Source of the DNA: Alphaproteobacteria bacterium
GTDB taxonomy: Bacteria > Pseudomonadota > Alphaproteobacteria > Micavibrionales > UBA2020
Assembly: GCA_030682495.1 (NCBI GenBank)
Contig: JAUXOC010000091.1
Span: 2,879 to 66,878, forward strand
Direction of reading: 5' to 3'
Length of the DNA stretch: 64,000 nt
This document shows, piece after piece, positions 42,235 to 52,152 of this stretch. Position numbers and translations under genes: made by a program. The notes beneath the pieces were generated by a model that ran no database searches, had not been told where the DNA came from, and saw only the letters and a list, made by a program, of their open reading frames with translations. Position 1 is the first letter of the stretch. Each line of letters opens with the position of its first letter.

Positions 42235-43286
42235 GCTCTGGGGCCTTTCGCGGCGGCTGGTGGCGGTTTTTGCGCGGATGCATCGGCAGCCTGGGAGGTA
42301 TTGTCATTGGCCGGCTGGTTTTTGAGGTCAAACGTGGCATGGCAATCGGCAAAAAAACCGTCAATAGATTGCCACCATTGTTTACGCAGGTCGTCGCGCT
42401 CGATCCAGAAAGCATGGCTGGCTTCGGGGATGTCGCAAACGCGCGCCTGCGGCATCACCCGCGCGGCGCGGCGGATGGTATCGTTGTCGATCATATTGTC
42501 GCGACCGGCGATGCCGAAAAGAACTGGCGTTTGAATGCTTTCAAGGCTCCCCGGCGCGTTGAGTGCCGCGGCGGCGCGGTAGATATTATCCGCATAGGCA
42601 ATCGTCGGATCTTCCGCGCGCAAATCGCGCACGCCGAGCATAAAGGCTTTGTGCAGCCCCATGCGTACCGGATTGTCTTTTTTGCGTTCGCGGCGTGCGC
42701 GGGTAATTTTACGCACCGCTTTTTGCCGCCCGCCTTCGAGCACGCGGTCACCAAAGCCAAGCTTCACGGCAGCGCGAAAAGCCGCAGCCAGCATTGTTTT
42801 TTGCAGGCCTTTGATTTTGACATCGACCAGCGGCGTGGCCAGCACGGCGCCGTCGAAAGCCTCGGGATGATTTTTAAGGGTGTGCAGTGCAACCTGACCG
42901 CCCATCGAATGGGTGCTGAGGAAAACGGGTTTTCCTTCGGCAGGCTTTACAACTTGATCGCGAAATTGCCAAAGATCGGCGATATGGTCATCGAGGATGG
43001 CAGGTTTTTTTTGATCGCCCGATTTGACGTCGGCGGCGCGGATTTTTTCGGATGCGCCGTGCCCCGCCCAATCCATCATGAACACCTGATACCCGCGGTC
43101 CAGATATTCGTTCACGGTTTCAAAATAGGATTCAATGAAGTCGGCATATCCCGTCGTCATCACGACAGTGCCTTTGATATCGCCTTCCGGCGTCGCATGG
43201 CCGTACCGTATCGTCTTACCTTGACGGTTGGTAAAAGAACTTTCCTGCCATGTGTCTGGTTCGAAAAATCGGGCCAGATACTCCAT
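42231..43286 (-). CDS. Alpha/beta hydrolase, tandem paralog
   Basis: 351 aa. 'VVMTTGYADF', elbow 'STHSMGGQV', 'EASHAFW'. ATGA overlap with the downstream paralog. Confidence 0.75.
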   Translation of the reverse strand: MEYLARFFEPDTWQESSFTNRQGKTIRYGHATPEGDIKGTVVMTTGYADFIESYFETVNEYLDRGYQVFMMDWAGHGASEKIRAADVKSGDQKKPAILDDHIADLWQFRDQVVKPAEGKPVFLSTHSMGGQVALHTLKNHPEAFDGAVLATPLVDVKIKGLQKTMLAAAFRAAVKLGFGDRVLEGGRQKAVRKITRARRERKKDNPVRMGLHKAFMLGVRDLRAEDPTIAYADNIYRAAAALNAPGSLESIQTPVLFGIAGRDNMIDNDTIRRAARVMPQARVCDIPEASHAFWIERDDLRKQWWQSIDGFFADCHATFDLKNQPANDNTSQAADASAQKPPPAAAKGPRA

Positions 43287-43457
43287 GCTCGGCTGTCTCT
43301 TTCCTCGAAAACTGCGGCGTTGAAGATGCCTTAAGAGTATAGCGGGAAATAAAAGGATTACCAGACGCTAAAGCCCATACGTAAAATTTCACGGACGTTG
43401 TTTTGCAGTGCACAACAGCGGCGCAACGCGCCAGACAAGATGCTGCAACGCACCCAA

Positions 43458-43495
43458 ACAAAAACGGCGGCATCCGCAGATACCGCCGTTTTTGT
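43458..43495. terminator. Rho-independent terminator downstream of pntB (symmetrical)
   Basis: acggcgg (43464-43470) pairs with ccgccgt (43483-43489), flanked by aaaaa and ttttt. On the minus strand the hairpin is followed by tttttgttt, 14 nt after the pntB stop. Confidence 0.65.
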
Positions 43496-43508
43496 GTCGT
43501 GATTATGT

Positions 43509-44906
43509 TTAGTGTTCCATGGCGCGGATGATACCTTCGCACATGGCCTTGGCATCGCCCAGCAGCATCATGGTGTTGTCGTAGAAGAAAAGCTCGTTAT
43601 CGATTCCCGCATAGCCAGAGCCGAGAGAGCGTTTGACAAACAGCACCGTGCCCGCGCTTTCGACGTCGAGGATCGGCATGCCATAGATGGGCGATGCGGG
43701 GTCCTTTTTCGCGGCAGGGTTGGTGATGTCGTTTGCGCCGATGACAAAAGCCACATCGGTCTGGCTGAAATCGCGGTTGATCTCTTCCAGCTCCAGAACG
43801 TCTTCATAGGGCACGTTGGCTTCGGCCAGCAGCACGTTCATGTGGCCGGGCATGCGGCCTGCGACGGGGTGGATGGCATAGCGTACCTTGACGCCTTCTT
43901 TTTTCAGCTGGTCGGCCATTTCACGTAGTGTGTGCTGCGCCTGTGCGACCGCCATGCCATAGCCTGGCACGATGATCACGCTGGAAGCATTCTTCATGAT
44001 AAAAGCCGCATCTTCGGCAGAACCGATCTTGACCGGCTTGTCGCTAACGGCTGCCGCCGCTGCACCGCCCGCTGCCTCGCCGCCAAATCCGCCGAGAATC
44101 ACGTTGAAGAAAGAGCGGTTCATGCCCTTGCACATGATGTAGCTGAGGATTGCCCCCGACGCCCCCACCAGCGCGCCGACGATAATCAGCAGGTTGTTTT
44201 GTAGCGTAAAGCCGATACCGGCCGCCGCCCAGCCTGAGTAGCTGTTGAGCATGGAGACGATGACCGGCATGTCCGCGCCACCGATCGGAATGATAATCAG
44301 CACGCCGATCAGGAAGGACAAAAACACAATGCCCCAGAAAACAGCGGCAGATTCCGTCAGGCACAGCAGCACGATCAAAAACAGCAATAGCCCGCCGAGC
44401 GCTGCGTTCAGCATATGTTGCCCCTTGAAGACGAGCGGCTTGCCGGTGACAAGGCCTTGCAGCTTACCAAAAGCAACCACAGAGCCGGTAAAGGTCACGG
44501 CACCAATCGCAACGCCCAGCGCCATTTCAATCAGGCTGCCGATATGGATATCGCCCTGTTTGCCGATATTATAGGCTTCGGGGTTGTGAAAGGCTGCTGC
44601 CGCGATAAAGACCGCCGCAAGACCGACCAGACTGTGGAACGCTGCCACCAGCTGCGGCAGCGCGGTCATTTCGATTTTCTTGGCAATGATCGTGCCAATA
44701 CCGCCGCCAATCGCGATGCCGAGGATAATCATGCCGTAAGACGACACACCGGGCAAAAGCAAGGTCGTGACAACGGCCAGCGCCATGCCGCCGATGCCGA
44801 ACATCAGCCCGTTCTTGGCGGTATTGGGGCCCGAAAGCCCCCGCAGCGCCATGATGCAGCAGACGGAGGACACCAGATAGGCCAGAAGGGATACGGTTAT
44901 CGGCAT
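43509..44906 (-). CDS. pntB: NAD(P) transhydrogenase subunit beta
   Basis: 465 aa. N-terminal membrane domain plus C-terminal NADP(H) domain ('VPGYGMAVAQAQ', 'YAIHPVAGRMPGHMNVLLAEA'). Confidence 0.96.
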   Translation of the reverse strand: MPITVSLLAYLVSSVCCIMALRGLSGPNTAKNGLMFGIGGMALAVVTTLLLPGVSSYGMIILGIAIGGGIGTIIAKKIEMTALPQLVAAFHSLVGLAAVFIAAAAFHNPEAYNIGKQGDIHIGSLIEMALGVAIGAVTFTGSVVAFGKLQGLVTGKPLVFKGQHMLNAALGGLLLFLIVLLCLTESAAVFWGIVFLSFLIGVLIIIPIGGADMPVIVSMLNSYSGWAAAGIGFTLQNNLLIIVGALVGASGAILSYIMCKGMNRSFFNVILGGFGGEAAGGAAAAAVSDKPVKIGSAEDAAFIMKNASSVIIVPGYGMAVAQAQHTLREMADQLKKEGVKVRYAIHPVAGRMPGHMNVLLAEANVPYEDVLELEEINRDFSQTDVAFVIGANDITNPAAKKDPASPIYGMPILDVESAGTVLFVKRSLGSGYAGIDNELFFYDNTMMLLGDAKAMCEGIIRAMEH

Positions 44907-44909
44907 GGA

Positions 44910-45326
44910 TCAGGCCCCTTGTTTCTTTTTCTTGGAGAACATTTGCAGCATGCGGTGCGTCACGATAAATCCGCCAAAGATATTGACGGAGGCCAGCACC
45001 ACGGCGAGGAAGCCGAGCAGCTTGGAAAAATTCCATCCCTCCGGCCCTGCGGCGATCAAGGCGCCGACGATAATGACTGACGAAATCGCATTGGTGACCG
45101 CCATCAGCGGGGAGTGCAGTGCCGGCGTCACGCGCCAGACCACATAGTATCCGACAAAACAGGCGAGAACAAAGACCGTCAGCCCGACGACAAAAAACGG
45201 CATGCCCGCTGTTTCCGGCGTTGTGAACTGACTGATATTCAGCGCCAGCTCCTGCGCCTGCAGCGACAGCTGGCTGGCACCTGTGGCAACGGCGGCGGCA
45301 TCTTCGGCAAGTGTATGTGCGTCCAT
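44910..45326 (-). CDS. pntAB: NAD(P) transhydrogenase subunit alpha part 2 (membrane)
   Basis: 138 aa with TM helices ('[20 protein letters not shown]'). Lies between pntAA and pntB, as in split three-subunit transhydrogenases. Confidence 0.88.
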   Translation of the reverse strand: MDAHTLAEDAAAVATGASQLSLQAQELALNISQFTTPETAGMPFFVVGLTVFVLACFVGYYVVWRVTPALHSPLMAVTNAISSVIIVGALIAAGPEGWNFSKLLGFLAVVLASVNIFGGFIVTHRMLQMFSKKKKQGA

Positions 45327-45353
45327 GTTCTCTCTCCCCTTGCGGGTCTGTTA

Positions 45354-46481
45354 TCAGGATTGCAGTTGCGGATGAACGATCTGCCCGCCGTCGGTCACGA
45401 CGGAGGCTTTGACGATCTCGTCTTCACGGTTGATTTTCAGCGTCTTGGTTTCCGGATCGACCAGCGGCGTCAGGAAATTGAGCAGATTGCGGGCATACAG
45501 CGCGGAGGCATCGACCGCGATGCGGCTCGGCATATTGAGATGCCCCACAATCGTCACACCGTTCACGTTCACAATCTCGCCTGCTTTTGACAGCGCGCAA
45601 TTGCCGCCTTGCTCGACGGCGAGATCGACGATGACCGCGCCGGGTTTCATGCTGCGCACCATCTCTTCGCTCACCAGTTTGGGCGCGGGACGTCCGGGAA
45701 TAAGCGCGGTTGTAATCACCACATCTTGTTTCTTGATCGTCTCGGCGATCAATTCGGCCTGCTGGCGTTTGTAATCATCGCTCATTTCTTTGGCATAGCC
45801 GCCCGATGTTTCGGCGGCTTTGGTTTCTTCGTTTTCAACCATGACGAAAGACGCACCAAGGCTCTGCACCTGTTCTTTGGCAACGGGGCGCACATCAGTT
45901 GCCGATACGGTCGCACCCAGACGGCGCGCAGTGGCGATCGCTTGAAGACCGGCCACGCCTGCCCCCATCACAAAAACCTTGGCAGGCGGGATTGTTCCGG
46001 CTGCCGTCATCATCATCGGAAAAGCACGGCCGAAAGCGGCAGCGGCCTCGAGCACGGCGCGGTACCCCGCCAGGTTCGCCTGCGATGACAGTACATCCAT
46101 CGTTTGCGCCCGCGTGATGCGCGGCACGAATTCCATCGCGGCGGCGACAACGCCCTGCGCCGCGAGCGCCTTCAGCGTTTCTTTTTCCTGATAGGGCGAC
46201 AGCTGCGCCAGCAAAAGCGCGCCCGATTTCATGTTTACAATTTCAGCAGCAGCGGGGTGGCGTACACGCAGCACAACGTCGGCGTCTTTATACACATCTG
46301 CCCCTGTGGTGATTTTTGCACCAGCCTGCGCATACATATCGTCTGTCACGGCAGCGGTAAGGCCCGCACCGGCTTCGACGCTGACGTCAAAGCCGAGGGC
46401 GATCAGCTTGCGGACGCTTTCCGGCGTCGCGGCAACGCGTTTTTCGGCGGTGATGGTTTCCTTGCCGACGGCGAGTTTCAT
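45354..46481 (-). CDS. pntAA: NAD(P) transhydrogenase subunit alpha part 1 (NAD(H)-binding dI)
   Basis: 'EKRVAATPESV', Rossmann 'VFVMGAGVAGLQAI', 'TALIPGRPAPKL'. Start set at ATG 46481 (MKLAVGKE) instead of the track's GTG 46547. Confidence 0.93.
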   Translation of the reverse strand: MKLAVGKETITAEKRVAATPESVRKLIALGFDVSVEAGAGLTAAVTDDMYAQAGAKITTGADVYKDADVVLRVRHPAAAEIVNMKSGALLLAQLSPYQEKETLKALAAQGVVAAAMEFVPRITRAQTMDVLSSQANLAGYRAVLEAAAAFGRAFPMMMTAAGTIPPAKVFVMGAGVAGLQAIATARRLGATVSATDVRPVAKEQVQSLGASFVMVENEETKAAETSGGYAKEMSDDYKRQQAELIAETIKKQDVVITTALIPGRPAPKLVSEEMVRSMKPGAVIVDLAVEQGGNCALSKAGEIVNVNGVTIVGHLNMPSRIAVDASALYARNLLNFLTPLVDPETKTLKINREDEIVKASVVTDGGQIVHPQLQS

Positions 46482-46794
46482 GACACTTTCCCCCAAGGGC
46501 GCGGTGCGGCCGCGCAATTTCAGATCCGTAAAGACAGGTTTTGGCACGGGGCAGACGGCCCCATACCGGAAGACAACCCTCCACCCTTTCCCGGCCTGTC
46601 AGCATCGCGCGGTGGTGAATCGCCAAAACGGCCTTCAGCATGACGTAATTCAGCCGCAAACTCAACCGATACACGTCTTTTTTGTAGATTTTTGTACTAT
46701 AAATCAGTATGTTAGAGAGATTCTTGCCGACTATGACAAAAATATGGCGCGCGCCCTTTAATTATGTATAATAAAATATCGTCGCGAGGGGACA

Positions 46795-47721
46795 ATGGGT
46801 CATAAAAAAACATTCACGGCCGCAGCGCAGCCAGAGCGTTTTGATTTCAAAAACGCCGTATCCGAAGCCTACGCGCAAAACCCCCGGCTGGAGCACAGTG
46901 TCTATTTCGTCGACATAGCCCAAAATCAGGTCGCGCACCCGAACCCCGAAACGTTGCAAGAAATTTTACAATTCATTTCAAGCAGTGATACAGGCAAAAA
47001 ATTTATCCGGCCGCAAATTCAAGAATGCCAAAGGAACAAAACATCCTATTGCCATTTCGGCGGTGAAAGCAGTTTTGTCTACATCTATACCGGTGAAGAC
47101 CGTCTGCGGTTCTTTTCTCCCCGCGTCAGCGGCGCACAGGAAATGACATTTATCTTTGACCACGAATTTGCTCATGCACATATCGCGGCGGGCGGATCAG
47201 ACAACCGCTTTCTGGCCGAGAATACGGCCGATGTTTATGCGCTCATCCGCCACATTCAACGTTTTGGCAATGGTACGGCACTTGCAGATGAAATAATCGC
47301 CGCGCGTGCGCAGGATACGGTTTTTCGCGCAAACGGCATTTTGAATTTCTCCTGCGCCGCACTGGAGCATGTTCTCGCAAATCCGGACAAGATCGACTAC
47401 GCCCAGCTGACGCCCGAGCGCACCTCTGCGCTGGCCGAAACGATTGCGCAGGAATATACGCCAGATGCGCCACTGCTTAAACGTCTGCACGGCGCTTTCG
47501 CACCGCTGCACGAAAAGGCCAGTATGGACGCTCTTGCAAAAATCTCCCTCGAAACAAAAGATGCCGCGGTTCTTAAATGGAGCGCAACAGTGCTCAAAGC
47601 CCTGCTCGCCGGAGCCGTCCGTCCGCCGCAGAACATGCCCGAAACAAATCCCGATAAAGCCTGGAACAAGCATATGGCGAAAATCAGCCGCCGTATGGAC
47701 AAGATGGCACAGCACCCATGA
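46795..47721 (+). CDS. Hypothetical HExxH protein A (putative zinc metallopeptidase, unrecognised family)
   Basis: 308 aa. 'FIFDHEFAHAHI' followed by 'ENTADVYALIRHIQRFG'. No signal peptide. TATAAT at 46767-46772 and a gagggga RBS lie upstream. Confidence 0.6.
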   Translation: MGHKKTFTAAAQPERFDFKNAVSEAYAQNPRLEHSVYFVDIAQNQVAHPNPETLQEILQFISSSDTGKKFIRPQIQECQRNKTSYCHFGGESSFVYIYTGEDRLRFFSPRVSGAQEMTFIFDHEFAHAHIAAGGSDNRFLAENTADVYALIRHIQRFGNGTALADEIIAARAQDTVFRANGILNFSCAALEHVLANPDKIDYAQLTPERTSALAETIAQEYTPDAPLLKRLHGAFAPLHEKASMDALAKISLETKDAAVLKWSATVLKALLAGAVRPPQNMPETNPDKAWNKHMAKISRRMDKMAQHP

Positions 47722-48758
47722 AAGAAAATAGTCAGGCTTTTAACTACCCCGCCGCCGCCATGGGCATATGCCGCGACTTCCCCGAAGTTGCCACAGATCT
47801 TTATTTTTTTGATACCGCGCGCAAAGCTTATGTGCCAAGCCATCCGGTCGCGGCGCGCAGGCTGGACACGATCGCACAGGCGCAGGAAAATTTTTCACGC
47901 CAGCTTGCTGAATTCATGCAGAAACTGCATGGCGACAAATCATCCTGCGTCCTCGCCGGCACGCAAAACGATCATTTCATTTTTCTTTATAACGGGCCGC
48001 AAAACGGCGGGCTGCTACCACACGCGCCGCACGAACAGCGGATGCATTTTATTCTGGACCACGAAATCGGCCATATCGTCACCTCCACCGGAAAACCCGA
48101 CAAGACAAAAAGCGCAACGTTGCACGAAGCCACCGCCGATGTTTTTGCAAGCCTGCGCCATATCCAGCGTTTTGGCCGTAAAACCGGCGCCATCGAAGAT
48201 CTTCTTTTACAGCGGGCGCAGCGCCTTGTCTCGCTGCATGGCCCGCGGCATCCGGAGCATTTTTCCAGCTTTGCGCTTGAAAAACTGCTGGAAAAATTAC
48301 CCGCGACCGACGTTGAATATCTGACGCCGCGGCAAACCGCTGCACTGGCCAGCCGTATCGCGGGCGAGCATACGCCTGCCGACTTTATCGTCCAGAAACT
48401 GTCCAAGGCCTTTATCCCGTTTAAGGATATGCTGGCCGCAGGCACGGGCGGCGATGACCCTTACCGCGTCTTGGCGGCGATTGTTCTGGGCGGTACGGAC
48501 AAAGATATTTTCAAATGGGGCGCACCGGTGCTGCGCGGGTATATCGACGGACGTCTGGGCGATATGCGTGTGGGCAAAGAATATATACGCGTCAACACTG
48601 CGCCGTTTGACGGCTCTTATTGGAATGCGGTGCGAAGGCAAATAACAGAGAAAGAATTTACCGCCAATCGGGACAACATGACGCGCACAAACCCTGCCGA
48701 AACACCGCCCGCCCCCGCGGCAAAGATCAGTCCGTCGCCGTCAGGTCAAAACGGCTGA
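47718..48758 (+). CDS. Hypothetical HExxH protein B, tandem paralog of A
   Basis: 346 aa. 'FILDHEIGHIVT' followed by 'EATADVFASLRHIQRFG'. ATGA overlap with A. Its 3' end overlaps the convergent kinase gene by 32 nt. Confidence 0.6.
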   Translation: MKENSQAFNYPAAAMGICRDFPEVATDLYFFDTARKAYVPSHPVAARRLDTIAQAQENFSRQLAEFMQKLHGDKSSCVLAGTQNDHFIFLYNGPQNGGLLPHAPHEQRMHFILDHEIGHIVTSTGKPDKTKSATLHEATADVFASLRHIQRFGRKTGAIEDLLLQRAQRLVSLHGPRHPEHFSSFALEKLLEKLPATDVEYLTPRQTAALASRIAGEHTPADFIVQKLSKAFIPFKDMLAAGTGGDDPYRVLAAIVLGGTDKDIFKWGAPVLRGYIDGRLGDMRVGKEYIRVNTAPFDGSYWNAVRRQITEKEFTANRDNMTRTNPAETPPAPAAKISPSPSGQNG

Positions 48759-50169
48759 GCGTTTCTGCCTGCCGCGCCGCCAATTTATCGGCATCAAAAT
48801 CGGCCACCAGTTCATGAAACAGGTTGTGCCAGTTTATTTCCGCGCGCAAATGCAGAAAGACCGAGCCGAGCCCCAGTGCGGCGCGGTCCATGAAAACAAA
48901 TTCGCGCGGCACACGCACGCCGCCGATACGTTTTAACTCGCGGTGGACTTTTGATGCGACGTCGCGCCCGTAAACACCTTCTTCGACAACACCGATCGGA
49001 CGAACACGGTCATCCAGCACGGGGCCGTATAAAAAGCCTGCCCACATATTCAGCACGTCGATGGTTTCTTTGGTCAAGCCGGAGAAACCCCAGCACTCAT
49101 AGGCAGCAACCGCCATCGCCCGATCTTCTTTTTGCAGCGCGTGATAAAGCGTGATGACGCCCTCGACAAAACGCGGCGGGAAAATGCGCACGCAGCCGAA
49201 ATCGAGTAGATTGATTGTCTGGTCTTTTTGCACCGTGTAATTGCCAAGATGCGGGTCACCATGAATGATACCGTAAAAATAAAGCGGCACATACCAAGCC
49301 CGAAACATATTATGGGCGATACGGTTGCGCACATCCTGTTTTGCATCGATGAAATCGAGGATGGAGGCGCCTTCCAGCCACGTCGTCGTCACCAGTCGTC
49401 CTGTCGACAGCTCCGGCACGACCTTCGGCACATGCACGCCTTTTTCATCGGCTAACATATGCGCATAAAGCGCTGCATGGCGGGCTTCAAGCGCATAGTC
49501 CAGTTCTTCATGAAGCCGCGCCGCGATTTCTTTTTGGATTTCGCCCGTCACAACCGACTGGTCGTATTTTTCAAAGATGCCCATGACCAGTTTCAACTGC
49601 CCCAGGTCGGCTTCGACCGCAGCAGACATATCAGGGTATTGCAGTTTGCAAGCAACGTTGCGCCCGTCATGCGTCACAGCGCGGTGCACCTGCCCGAGCG
49701 AAGCGGCAGCGGCCGCGTCACGCTCGAAGCTTTTGAATTTTGATTCCCAGTCGCGGCCCAATTCGGTCGCCATGCGGCGGCGGACAAAAAGCCAGCCCAT
49801 CGGCGGTGCCTGTGATTGGAGTTTTTGCAGCTCTGCCGCGTATTCTTTGGGCAGGGCATTCGGAATGGTCGCCAGCAGCTGCGCCACCTTGAGCAGCGGG
49901 CCTTTCAGGTTGCCGAGGCTTTCCATCAGCTGTTTGGCATGCTGCGGCTTGTCGATATCAAGCCCCAGATATTTTTGGCCGGCAAGCTTGGCGGCCAGCC
50001 CCGTCATGGTCGTGGATACGCGGGCATAGCGCTTGATGCGCCCGCCCACAGTGCTTCTTTCGCTATCGGCTTTTGGCTTGCCGCCAGTTGCGGCATCCTT
50101 CGGCGCGGCGTTTTTTTTGCCCTGCGCAGGCTTTTTGGGTTTGGATTTGTCGCCTTGGTCTTTGCTCAT
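48727..50169 (-). CDS. ABC1/UbiB-family atypical protein kinase
   Basis: 'LKGPLLKVAQLLATIPNALPKEYAAELQKLQ', 'AAASLGQVHRA', 'VACKLQYPD', 'HGDPHLGNY'. Start set at ATG 50169 (MSKDQGDK). Confidence 0.85.
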   Translation of the reverse strand: MSKDQGDKSKPKKPAQGKKNAAPKDAATGGKPKADSERSTVGGRIKRYARVSTTMTGLAAKLAGQKYLGLDIDKPQHAKQLMESLGNLKGPLLKVAQLLATIPNALPKEYAAELQKLQSQAPPMGWLFVRRRMATELGRDWESKFKSFERDAAAAASLGQVHRAVTHDGRNVACKLQYPDMSAAVEADLGQLKLVMGIFEKYDQSVVTGEIQKEIAARLHEELDYALEARHAALYAHMLADEKGVHVPKVVPELSTGRLVTTTWLEGASILDFIDAKQDVRNRIAHNMFRAWYVPLYFYGIIHGDPHLGNYTVQKDQTINLLDFGCVRIFPPRFVEGVITLYHALQKEDRAMAVAAYECWGFSGLTKETIDVLNMWAGFLYGPVLDDRVRPIGVVEEGVYGRDVASKVHRELKRIGGVRVPREFVFMDRAALGLGSVFLHLRAEINWHNLFHELVADFDADKLAARQAETLSRFDLTATD

Positions 50170-50211
50170 GCTGCAAAGATGATGTTCCGGCGGCAAAAAG
50201 TCGAGAGGATT

Positions 50212-52152
50212 CTACTTGCCGCTGCGCGGTGCTTTGCCTTTTTTGGGGGCAGCCGCAGGGGGCGCAGCATCCAGCTTTATCAATTCGTCCAGATACTTGG
50301 CATTGAGGGAGAGACCATTTTCCCAGAATTCGCGGCTTTCGGGGTCAAGATCGAAAGGCTGAAACATTTCATAGAGGTTTTTGGTGAGACCGGCTTCCAG
50401 AAGCTCGATATAATTTTCGATAAACTCCGCGCGCGCTTCCTTGCCTTCGGCTTCGGCAGCTTTATACGACTGGTAAAGCCCGCTGACGACCTGCTGCGCA
50501 AAGGCATAGGATGACACATAAAACGGTGTGTCAAAGAAATGCGGCACGGTCATCCAATAGTAACGGTCATAGTCGTCGGTCTCGACGCTCGGACCGTAAT
50601 ATTCGCGCTGGGTTTCAACCCAGATATCCGAAATCGCTTCGGCGTCCAGTTCGCCATCGCGGCGGGCGCTATGTACGCGCTTTTCAAAATCGTAATAGGC
50701 CAGCTGTTGAAGCCCGTTGCCCAGCATGTTTTCAACGCGGTCGACCAGCAGCTTTTTGCGCACGGCGGGGTCTTTTTCGGTCTTGAGCAATTCTTCGAAG
50801 ACGAGCATTTCGGCAAAAATACTCGCCGTTTCGGCAACCGGCGTCGGCACGTCCGACATAAAAAAGCCGCAGGCTTTTTCGGACAGCTGTTGGTGCACCG
50901 CATGACCGAGTTCATGCCCGAGCGTGGCCGCGACATCCCCCGCGCTGCCGGTAAAACTGAGCATCACATAAGGTACATCGCCCGGGCCCGTTGGCAGCGC
51001 AAAAGCGCCGCCTTCTTTGCCTTCGCGCGGTTCCGCATCGATATGCCCGGCGGTAAAAACTTTTTCGGCCAGCCGCGCAAATTTGGGCGAGAACTTTCGA
51101 AACGCGCGCAAAACCATGCGCTGCGCCTCGCCGAAGCTATATTCGCTCGACGCGCCTTCTAGCCCCGGCAATGTCATCCCCACCTGCGCGCGGGGCATGA
51201 CTTCCTGACCGTGCTGCTGCGCTTTCCACTCATAAAAGCGGTGCGACAGCTGCGCATAAGACGCCTTAATCGTATCGAACATCGTATCGACGATTTCATC
51301 CGCCGTCCGGTTGGCACGGTTGACGGGGGCATCGGGGCGTTTTTCGCCGGCCAGATCGTTGTCGATCATATCATCACGGATCATGGCGTTGTAGCAGAGG
51401 GCAATACGCGCGCTTTGCGCCTTGAGGGCGTCCGCCATAGCCTGCCGTCCGGCCTTGCGCTCTTCCAGTGTCATTTTGCTGTCGGCCAGCTCTTCGGACA
51501 GGTCATCAATCGACAATTTTTCGCCGCGCCACTCGACGCGCAGGGCATTAACCGTTTCATGATAAAAACGTCCCCAGCCTTCGCGGCTGGTGGTGGCGAA
51601 ATCGGCAGACAGGCCGCCGACCTTGTCAGGCAGCGGCTGGCCATCACGTGCGCGCAGCGCCGCCAGCCATGGTGCATAAGCCGCCAGTTCCGGCGCGGCA
51701 AGTTTGGGAATCAGCGTCTGCTCTTTCATTTCCGTCAATTCGGCTTCGAAAAAGCCGATCTTGCCGCCGTTTTCCTGAAACCATTTGTTGAGGTCACCGA
51801 GCCGTGCGAAATTGCCGACATTGTCGGATTCCATCAAAACGATATAGCAGCTGATTTTATGGCGCAGCTGTTCGATTTGTTCATAGACCATCACTGCCTT
51901 GCCCAGATCGCTGCCGGACAGCCATTCCAGCGTGCCTTCGTAGGTTTCGGCGAAATCGTTGCAGAGCGCATCGATGCGCGCCAGATCGGCCTTCAGCTCC
52001 GGCGCATCGGGCGCGCTATAAAGCGCGGCAAGGTTCCAGCGCGGCAGATCAAGGTCATCGAGCGGCGACGGATTGTCATTCGCGGGTTTGCGCGCGCGGT
52101 TGAAGTCATCCTGCAGGCGTTTTTGCGGCAAGGTCGTGCGGGGATTCTTCAT
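50212..52152 (-). CDS. M3-family oligoendopeptidase (PepF-like), paralog 1
   Basis: 646 aa. Zinc motif 'TLGHELGHAVHQ' with downstream 'ETASIFAEM'. ATGA overlap with paralog 2. Confidence 0.85.
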   Translation of the reverse strand: MKNPRTTLPQKRLQDDFNRARKPANDNPSPLDDLDLPRWNLAALYSAPDAPELKADLARIDALCNDFAETYEGTLEWLSGSDLGKAVMVYEQIEQLRHKISCYIVLMESDNVGNFARLGDLNKWFQENGGKIGFFEAELTEMKEQTLIPKLAAPELAAYAPWLAALRARDGQPLPDKVGGLSADFATTSREGWGRFYHETVNALRVEWRGEKLSIDDLSEELADSKMTLEERKAGRQAMADALKAQSARIALCYNAMIRDDMIDNDLAGEKRPDAPVNRANRTADEIVDTMFDTIKASYAQLSHRFYEWKAQQHGQEVMPRAQVGMTLPGLEGASSEYSFGEAQRMVLRAFRKFSPKFARLAEKVFTAGHIDAEPREGKEGGAFALPTGPGDVPYVMLSFTGSAGDVAATLGHELGHAVHQQLSEKACGFFMSDVPTPVAETASIFAEMLVFEELLKTEKDPAVRKKLLVDRVENMLGNGLQQLAYYDFEKRVHSARRDGELDAEAISDIWVETQREYYGPSVETDDYDRYYWMTVPHFFDTPFYVSSYAFAQQVVSGLYQSYKAAEAEGKEARAEFIENYIELLEAGLTKNLYEMFQPFDLDPESREFWENGLSLNAKYLDELIKLDAAPPAAAPKKGKAPRSGK

